From assembly GCF_000400465.1 (NCBI RefSeq), contig NW_008806277.1, positions 90,001 through 122,000 on the forward strand: DNA of 32,000 nt. The letters are read 5' to 3'. The notes beneath the pieces are model-generated. The model saw nothing but the letters and a program-made list of their open reading frames with translations. It had not been told where the DNA came from and did not search any database. This document shows positions 24,020 to 32,000 of the stretch, one piece after another. The position numbers and the translations under genes were made by a program. Positions within the stretch are counted from its first letter, which is position 1. Each line of letters opens with the position of its first letter. The stretch comes from Wallemia ichthyophaga EXF-994 (taxonomy: Eukaryota > Fungi > Basidiomycota).

Positions 24020-27000
24020 ATGAACAAGCCACGCGAGTCAAAAGTGGTCGATATTGACAGCAGCGACGATGACGCGGCGGGCGATGACAGCAACAAGCGC
24101 AAGGATGGCGTAATTGATCTTACCAACGACGACGACGATGATGTTGTTATCAAGAGCACGCCAAAGCCACAGCCACCACAGCAGCCAATATCATTCGATC
24201 CGCTGTCTCCATCTGCACCGGTGTGTATTGGTGAAATAACATGCACTGCACTCGTGATGATTCCTTCGAATTATATCCAAACGACTCCCGAGGTTTGGAA
24301 GGACGTCCGCTTGGCTTATGTGCCTCAACTCAATCATTCTACTCAGAATCCTCCAATTGAAACTATACGCGTATACCCTCCTGCTCATGTTCTCGGACAG
24401 ACTCCTGCACTTAGCCTCGGTGCTGGTCAGATGCGCATCCAGGACAGCTTTGCCGTTGTTGATCGCCGCACTGCGGGCGTTTTGGGCCCTTTGATGCTTC
24501 AGCGTTGTGTACGAATTGAAGGCGTCGTTAAAACAAAGTCAGGAAGCGTGAGTTGAGTTGCTTATCTAATAGTCCACTCTCACCCATCTACAAACAGCCA
24601 ATGATGCTCCCTATGAAACTCCTTCTATTCACCAGACGTGACTTAATGGAGAAAATTGCACACGTTGTCCTCCACGCAGGCATTGCCATCGAAGAGCCAG
24701 AAAGATATAGACCAGACAAACATTGCAACGCTTGGTATGAGTCGCCTGCTATTGTCAAGACCTTTAGTAAACATGGTTTTCCTTCTACTAATATACCCTC
24801 CTATGGCCCACTCACTAATGACTCGTCCTCCTCCCTCAATCCTTACTCTTATCGGCCTCAATACACTGGCCACGCAAAGACAACCGAAGTCAATCGCTCT
24901 CAGCAAGCTAACGAAATGCTTGGCAAAATATCCGTCGATGAACTCCCTGAAACTCTCGCTTCATCTAGAATAGCGACTACTCTCTACCCTCATCAGAAAC
25001 AGGCGCTGACTTTTTTACTTGAGTGCGAACGTGATCCTCGTAGATCCACAAATGAATCTGACAAATTCTCCTTCTGGAAGCAAAGTAAAGATAAAAGGAA
25101 ATTCCAGCATATTATCACACACAACTACCTCAACCAGGAACCTGCTGGATGTCGCGGTGCTATTTTAGCAGACGATATGGGACTCGGTAAGACTATCTCA
25201 GTTGTCGCGTTGATTGCGTCCACGTTCGAGTCTGCAAATGATTATGCATTGGCTGGTCCGAGTAAATCAGACACAGAAAAAAAACCAAAGAGGCAGGAAA
25301 TGAAAGCTCCAGATGCTTCCCATTTCAGTAGCAAATTCGCTATACCTGGCATGCCTCAATCTAACTCTGGTATTACCGACTCATTTCGAAAAGAAAATGA
25401 CGACCAACTCGAAGGTGCTTCTGGAAAATCACGTCGATTGCGCAAAGAGAGGCTTCAAATTAGGAGTAAAGCGACTGTAATTGTCAGTCCCTTATCTACG
25501 CTAAGTAATTGGGAGGAACAGTTCAGTGATCACATGACAACTAAGCCGCATTTCTATCGTCATGAGGAAAGACCGCCAAGAAAACGCAAAGACGATGGAC
25601 TGAATATTTATATATATCATGGCAATAATCGCAAGAAAGAGGTGTCATTTCTGATGCAATTTGATGTCATTCTCACCGCCTTCTCCACCGTCGCTACTGA
25701 GTTCAGCAAACAGGATACTGCCATCAAGAAACTTCATCTTGCGCAAGAGAAATGGGATGAGATGTTGGAGAATGGTACGGCTTTCGCGAATACCAATGGA
25801 GTTAGCGACGATGATGTATCCTTTGTGTCTGACAGTGCAAGCGCATCCGGAGCCTCCTCATCGAAACCTACCAAGTTGCCACCATCATCATCATCATCAT
25901 CGACGTCCAAGCCAAAGGGTAAAGGCAAGCGTAAGAAGAAGGGTGAGGATGATCTTGAGGGTCTCTGTCCAGAGATGCTAGCAGAATTGGAGCAGAATGC
26001 CATCAACTATACTTCTCCACTTCAGCAAATCGAGTGGTTCAGAATTGTGCTCGACGAAGCCCACTATATCAAAGATCCATCAACCATGATGTCAAAGGCA
26101 GCTTCTGAACTAGCAGCTGAGAGAAGGTTGTGTTTGACGGGTACGCCTATCCAGAACAAAATTGAAGACCTTTATGCTCTGTTGAGGTTCTTGCATCTCG
26201 AACCATTTGATGAGCGCGAGACGTGGAACACGTTTATTGGCACACCCATTAAGCAGCAGCTCAATGTAGGATTTGCGAGGATCCAGATAATTATGAAGCA
26301 TATAACTATGCGTCGTACCAAGGAAATGAAGAATAAGGATGGTACCCCGATTGTCTCCCTCCCTGATCGGTCTGATGAGTTGCGTTCGTTGGAATTCAAC
26401 CCCCGAGAGAGGGCTATATATGAAAATCAACATGGTAAATCTAAGGACAAGTATCTAGATTTACGTGATGCTGATGGTTTGTCACGTGGTGGTTTTATTA
26501 GTATTTTGCAGGTATGTTGGAGTATGAGTGGTTGGTGATGCAAATTAACACTTTAAAGGAATTACTTCGTTTGAGGATGATATGCGACCATTACTGTCTA
26601 TGTCCAGATGCTGTGAACGCGTTTGCTGAATCACCACTCGCACAAGCGCAAGCTATCTTTCAGGTAATGCGCGACTCAGAAACTGCAAATTGTTTGGAAT
26701 GCTACTACGACTTTGTCCAAGCGCAGCTCCCTGGTGCGCCCAAGGAAGAAGAGGACGAGAAGCCGCTGTATGATGAAAAAGATAGGGATTTCAAAAAGCC
26801 GAAGAAGGAAGCAGGAGGAGGAGGAGGAGCACCAAGTAATGCCGTGGCACTTCCAGTTCTCAATCTCCAGTGTAACCATCTGTTATGCAGCAACTGCATA
26901 CAAAAACACATTGGCGTATGGCCCGAATTCGAGCCATTTAATTGTCCAGATTGCAAGGAGCTGGTCAGCGATCGTGAAAAGATTATCCAAATCAGTAACT

Positions 27001-27766
27001 TCAACGACACCTTTGCGTCTGTCGACAACGATCTCGCCAAGTTTGAAGACGAGCTGCCGACTTCGAAGCGGAAGAAAAGGATCGAAAGACCGGAGGAGTT
27101 TTCGACCAAGATAGAAGCACTGCTTCACGATCTCGCTGAAATATCAACAACGAATCCTCACTCACCCAACTACGACACACTCAATTTCGATGTCGACATC
27201 AAAGCTACACCGAACAAAACGATCGTATTCAGTCAGTGGACGTCTATGCTGGATTTGATTGAATATGGATTGAAGGAGTGTCAAATTGGATACGGTAGAC
27301 TCGATGGAACTATGCAGCGTGATCAGCGTGCTTTCGCTCTTGAAAGACTCAAATTTGATCCCAAGTGCGAAGTGCTCCTTATATCACTGCGTGCAGGTGG
27401 TGTAGGATTGAATCTGGTGAGTTGTGTGGTACATAGTGTACAACCCTCTCACACACCTGGCAGACTACAGCAAATAGAGTATACATGATGGACAGCTGGT
27501 GGAACGTCGCAGTGGAGAACCAAGCAGTCGACCGTGTGTGTCGTATTGGTCAAAAACGCCCCGTGCAGGTCGTCCGCTATATCATACAGAACACTATCGA
27601 GGAGCGCATTCTGCAGATACAAGAACGCAAAACAGAGCTCTTCAAGGGCGTCCTCGGATCTGGACGCCAGAGGTCCAAGGAAGAGGAGAGGAAGGAGATG
27701 CTCGAGAATATCGCTATCATGTTTGGAGAGTCGCCCGAGTCTGCGCATGTGAGGAAAAACATGTAG
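24020..27766 (+). CDS. SNF2-family helicase with embedded C3HC4 RING, Rad5/HLTF-like; exons 24020-24547, 24598-26511, 26559-27416, 27464-27766
   Basis: LYPHQKQAL, GAILADDMGLGKT, VLDEAH, LTGTPIQN, RING C..C...C.H..C..C...C..C, IVFSQW, QAVDRVCRIGQKRPV; 50-, 47- and 47-nt introns. Confidence 0.93.
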
Positions 27767-28524
27767 ATGGTTGCATCGCTGTAATCTTTTCAACTCATTC
27801 ACTCATCTTTGTGGCTGGGCTGGGCTTGTCTCAGCTTTCTCAGTCGACTTTTTTTTTTAATCTCTTTTATCTTTCATTCCCCCTTACTCAGCAAACACAC
27901 AAGCATGTATCACTATGTCTTCTCAATTTTATTTATTTGTATTTAGTTTATTTGGTTGTAGGCTGTATCCATTCTATCCATTCTATCTAATCATTTGAAA
28001 CCTTTGTGAAACATTTATGAAACATATTGTCAAGTGCGATCATGGAGTGCATGGATAGACAGCTAGGTCAATCCAATGCAGGAAAGCTAAGCATGCTCCT
28101 ATGTATTCTCATTGTACGTACTTCGCTGAGGAAGGCACAGCGCTGTCTTGGAAGAAGGCTTGGCTATACCCAAATGTAAAAAACCCTAAAAATCAAACAC
28201 CTGCGTCATATGCCTGCATGATCACTTAAAATAGGCATTAGGGGGACATTTTGCTACAAGGCTCCCAACATCCTTTCACGGCTCCTCTCAGTAAATCGGC
28301 ATTGTTCTTCATCTTTAGTTATACCAGAACAGCACATATATCTTTTTTTCTCTTAAGCGGAGCATTTGTTGGTTTAAATGTTAAGAGTTAGTTAAATTGA
28401 CATTCTCAAACAATGATCAGAATGCCTCAAATTAATGTAAAGGTAGATTATATACAATACGCTGCCATAAAATTACTATGAGTGTCAGTATAATATGATT
28501 ACGTGCGCTGAATTTTGAACAAGA

Positions 28525-30269
28525 TTACATGAAGAGAACAACTTTCCCGCTGCCATTACCGCCTGCGATGCTCAAATCGTCGAGTCCAGTGAAGGGTTTC
28601 GCCGATACGACAGCCGGTACAGCGGTGATATTCTCCGTATCAACTAAATCAGCAGACGGTGCTCTATCGCCCATTGTCCACATCTCCAACGACCTCTTCA
28701 TAGAAGGAGTGATGAAAGAGGTGGGGACACCAGTCCATGGCGCTGGATTAATCCACTGCATTCTAAAAACCGACAACCATCTCCCCGTTTCGTTGTTGTG
28801 TTTGATCGAATTGACAACGTTGAGTTTATCGTCGAACACCTTAACTGTGTTGTCGAAAGACGTTGACAAAATGTTGGATCCCGTTGGAGAGTAATAAGCC
28901 GATGTGACAGCTTTCCCGTGGATGGTTCTATGCAACATGCCAATTTCCTCGCGATTGTCATAGTACGGTAGATCGTCTTCATCTTCTGTAATAGGTTCGA
29001 GTGTATTGCAATGTTTCTTAACCATTCGCATGTCGAATATACGTACAGCGTGGTCGTTGGAGGCTACACATACCTGCTGCTCGTTGGAGGGGTTGATAGA
29101 GACGGATCCGAGTTTGTTCTTGGACAACACATACCGCACACCCCTATCGCGGGATTCACGCATATCTTTTAGCGACAGTCCGCCTCCGTTGTCAGCTGCG
29201 TGCAGCAGCGAGGGCGTTTGATGGGGTATGTCGAGATGTGTGATTAGCCTATTCGTCTCCTGTTCGTATCCGTCGTTGCTACGGAAGAGTTGGGTCGATA
29301 GCCCACTCTCGAAGTCTAATTGACGGATTGTGCAGTCGTAACTGGTCGTGAATGCCTTCCTACTATCGCTAGCATCAAATCGTATGCAGGAAATAGGTGA
29401 TCCAATCACGTGTGGCTGCAAACGCCATATCTGCGCCGTGTCCTTGTCGGCGTCATATTTTAGTATGCCAAGTTGACCGTACTTGTCACCAGCAAACACC
29501 AGATCACTTTCTTTGTCAGGATGGTACTGCATGCTGTGAATGCGATTTGAGGTAACTTTTTGAATCGTTTTGAATACCAAACTATTGGCTCTTTCTTTGT
29601 ACTTGTGCACTGAATCGCTGCTGTTCGTATCTTTCTCATCTTCGACAGAATGTATGGGACGTGGAATGGCTGGTCGTGATGCCAAATAGCCTGAAAGCTC
29701 CTTCGCTATTAGCTCATCATTCTCGTCATCATCTTCTTCGTCATCCTCATCCTCATCATCCTCCTTCTTGGCTTTCTCCTCCTTTTTCACACTCTCGCCG
29801 CACTTCTTGCTGTGTATGTACTCTACCGGATCGCGCTTAAGTAGCTCGAGTATGGGCATATCATTCCTACGCGTTTCGTGCTCAATTCTCCGCTTTTCAT
29901 CTTTGCGTTGTGCTTCGCGTTCTAGTTCCGTCTCTAGCTGCTCGCGGCTCGCTTTCTTGTCTTCTTCGGTCGTAGGAACGCGTCTGCTCGAACGTCTGGG
30001 TGGGTCTGCAGCAACTGCTTTGTCTGCATCTTCCTCCCTCTTCACCCTCTTCTTGGCTGGTTGCTGCTTCTGCTGTTTCTGCTGCCTGGGTTTCGCATCA
30101 TCACTGTCGTGCGATCGCTTCCCAAACACCTCCTTCGACGCCTCGCCTAGTCCAAGTTGCTCGAGAAGACGGTTGTTCTCCTCGATGTTCTTCAGTCGCT
30201 GTCGCTCACTAGCGTGTATTAGCGGATTGCAGTGAGCGCAGAACCACAAGCGTACTACTCTGAACCCAT
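28525..30269 (-). CDS. CMR1: WD40 protein Cmr1/WDR76; exons 30269-30256, 30208-28525
   Basis: Spliced start MGSEYERQRLKNIEENNRLL; HP...LVFAGDKYGQLG, SAYYSPTG, HNNETGRW, GGNGSGKV; 47-nt intron. Confidence 0.9.
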
Positions 30270-30484
30270 TTTGAGCACTTGTTTTGATGTTCGGTGTCGG
30301 TGATTAAGTTTACTGGGTCAGTGGCGATTACATTTGATTGCATCCGATAGCGACTGATAGCAGCTTCCAAATAGACTTTACCTGAGCTAGCTAGTTGATG
30401 ACTGTTTTACGCGTCACTTAACTTATCACTCGCTAATAATTAACAATTACAATATATACCACAATAAAACGCAACAGCACGCGT

Positions 30485-31650
30485 AAATCTATCCTAGTAA
30501 AAATACAACAAACACAATTCAACCCATTTGCAACCGCAAATCTAAAGCCATCAGAGTCAGTGCAAGGTTTAGCAGCAGTTAGGCAAGGTCTAGTATGAGC
30601 GTCCGGGAATACTTAAGAGGCTTTCGGGAACTTCTCTGCACCGAGTAGACCGAGTTCAAGGGATTTGATGCGCGTATCGTTTATGTAGAACAAAGGCGTA
30701 TACCCGTCTTAGGTAGAGGGTTTAGGGAAATTGGCGAGACCGATGGCATTTTAGAGGGCTTATCGGACTCATATGCCTCCTCAAAGGTTAGAGTGTGATC
30801 ATACAATTCTACGATACTACCTATGGATGATGCTATGATTTGTTACCCGACGGTGAATAATGAGCATTCAGTCACCGATGATTGTTCTGATAGCCATAAA
30901 ACAATCCTTCAACGTCAAATACATCTTCCGTGGGAGTTTTATTTGAATTTCGACTATCACTCTTCTGCAGCCCACTCACATCGAAAACTCGAAGTGTTTT
31001 ATCTGCACTTGCCAGAAAAATCTCAAACTGGTTGGCTGGATTGATCGAGACGCTATTTAGTGCTTTAATGGATTAGCTAAATTTTTCAACGGTTTCATCG
31101 TTATTCCGAATGCGCGCTTCAGTGATTGCCAACCTTCCTTGTGAGTCAGACATATAGATGATGTTTGGAGAGTTGTAATGTGCATCTATACCCAACACAT
31201 CAACTGAATCACCTTTAAAAGTCTTGTCGAGCAGACTTGGAGGATCGAAGAGCATTTGGAACACTTTACTCGACACACCAGTCTCAAAATCCAACAACAC
31301 TCGAACCGTTGAATCGGCGCAGACTGTATAAAGTTTACGGTAACAATGAGGATCTAGGAGGTTGTTGTTGATTGAATGACTTCTAACGTGTGGCTGTAGT
31401 CTCCATACTTCAGAATGATTTGCGTGTTTTGTGATACCAAGTTGGCCCTGCTTATCTCAAGTAAAGATAAGCTCAGATGATCGATCTGGGTGGTAAAGCA
31501 AAACAATTGGACTACTAGTCACAGCTTTAGTTCTGCAATAAGGTCTGCGTTTTTCTTTTTGGATCGCTGCTGAGTGTTCAAAACGACAGGAGAAATGCGG
31601 AATCTTGATCGTCTTTGGATCTCTTGAACAAGTTTGTTTTAGGTCATTTT
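30485..31650 (-). pseudogene. Diverged tandem CMR1/WDR76 paralog disrupted by in-frame stops and frameshifts (boundaries approximate)
   Basis: Manual translation aligns colinearly to the neighbouring CMR1 over most of the WD40 region; stops at 31457-31459, 31073-31075 and 30681-30683; frame changes near 30830-30900. Confidence 0.85.
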
Positions 31651-32000
31651 TGGAACAGAACGGAGTTATTAGTGTAGATCAGCAGAGTTTTGCGCGTCCA
31701 ACTGATCCTGATAACACTCGTATTCTGCAGCATCGTCCCAAACATCGTCATAAACCGAGAAAAATACTGCGTCAAGTACGTCCAAACGCCTAGCAAACTT
31801 CCAAAGGTGAACTTTTTTGCGTTACTCTTCAGAATCAACAGAGTAAAGAGTTGGATCTTATTAATAAGAGTATGAATTGAGTGCTCAGAATAATAAGAGT
31901 TATTATCAAGGCTCCAGCGCTCTTCCAGCATTTCACCAAGCCCAGTTTTATCTGGTCTATAAAGTTCGGCATATCTTCTATAGGACTGATTCTTTGCAAT
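31644..32000 (-). other. Coding-like fragment entering from the right edge, unidentified
   Basis: Frame open from 32000 to 31644 (119 codons); an overlapping second frame reads RRLDVLDAVFFSVYDDVWDDAAEYECYQDQLD...* ending at 31669. Confidence 0.35.

Noticed and set aside
23842-24246. 134-aa minus-strand ORF spanning two genes
   Set aside because: Antisense to the MIT-like 3' end and helicase 5' end; Ser-rich artefact of GAC/GAT runs
28182-28189. AACCCTAA resembles a telomerase RNA template
   Set aside because: An 8-mer in an A-rich tract is expected by chance; no supporting pseudoknot or other domain identified
28330-28340. CAGCACATATA matches the metazoan U6 5' region
   Set aside because: Only 11 nt, with no ACAGAGA box or U6 stem downstream
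30681-31459. Rescue of the CMR1-paralog stops by A-to-I editing or readthrough
   Set aside because: Editing would give Trp where Gly is conserved and cannot fix the frameshifts; such editing is known mainly from certain ascomycetes

Overview
Eukaryotic, very gene-dense fungal DNA. Introns are GT-AG and mostly 44-76 nt, intergenic gaps are often under 110 bp, and the proteins are basidiomycete-like; the architecture suggests Wallemia (inference). I support 15 complete protein-coding genes: PRP22, an atypical PAK/Ste20-like kinase, an MP88-like GPI mannoprotein, a degenerate xylulokinase-like protein, an I9 protease inhibitor, a GMC oxidoreductase, a USP12/46 (CreB)-like deubiquitinase, NBS1, SNF1, an SDR, U1-70K, a PWWP/Tudor-like protein, a MIT-like protein, a Rad5/HLTF-like SNF2-RING helicase, and CMR1/WDR76. 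There is also a partial gene at the left edge and a coding-like fragment at the right edge. The best unannotated signals are: (1) a tandem, highly diverged, stop- and frameshift-disrupted CMR1 paralog that the ORF track shows only as one 75-aa fragment; (2) two probable pseudo-enzymes; (3) a U1-70K start codon that exists only after splicing; (4) a long structured first intron in PRP22; (5) extremely tight gene packing. I found no mobile elements, CRISPR arrays, tRNA or rRNA genes. Exon boundaries were derived by hand and are not validated by transcripts.
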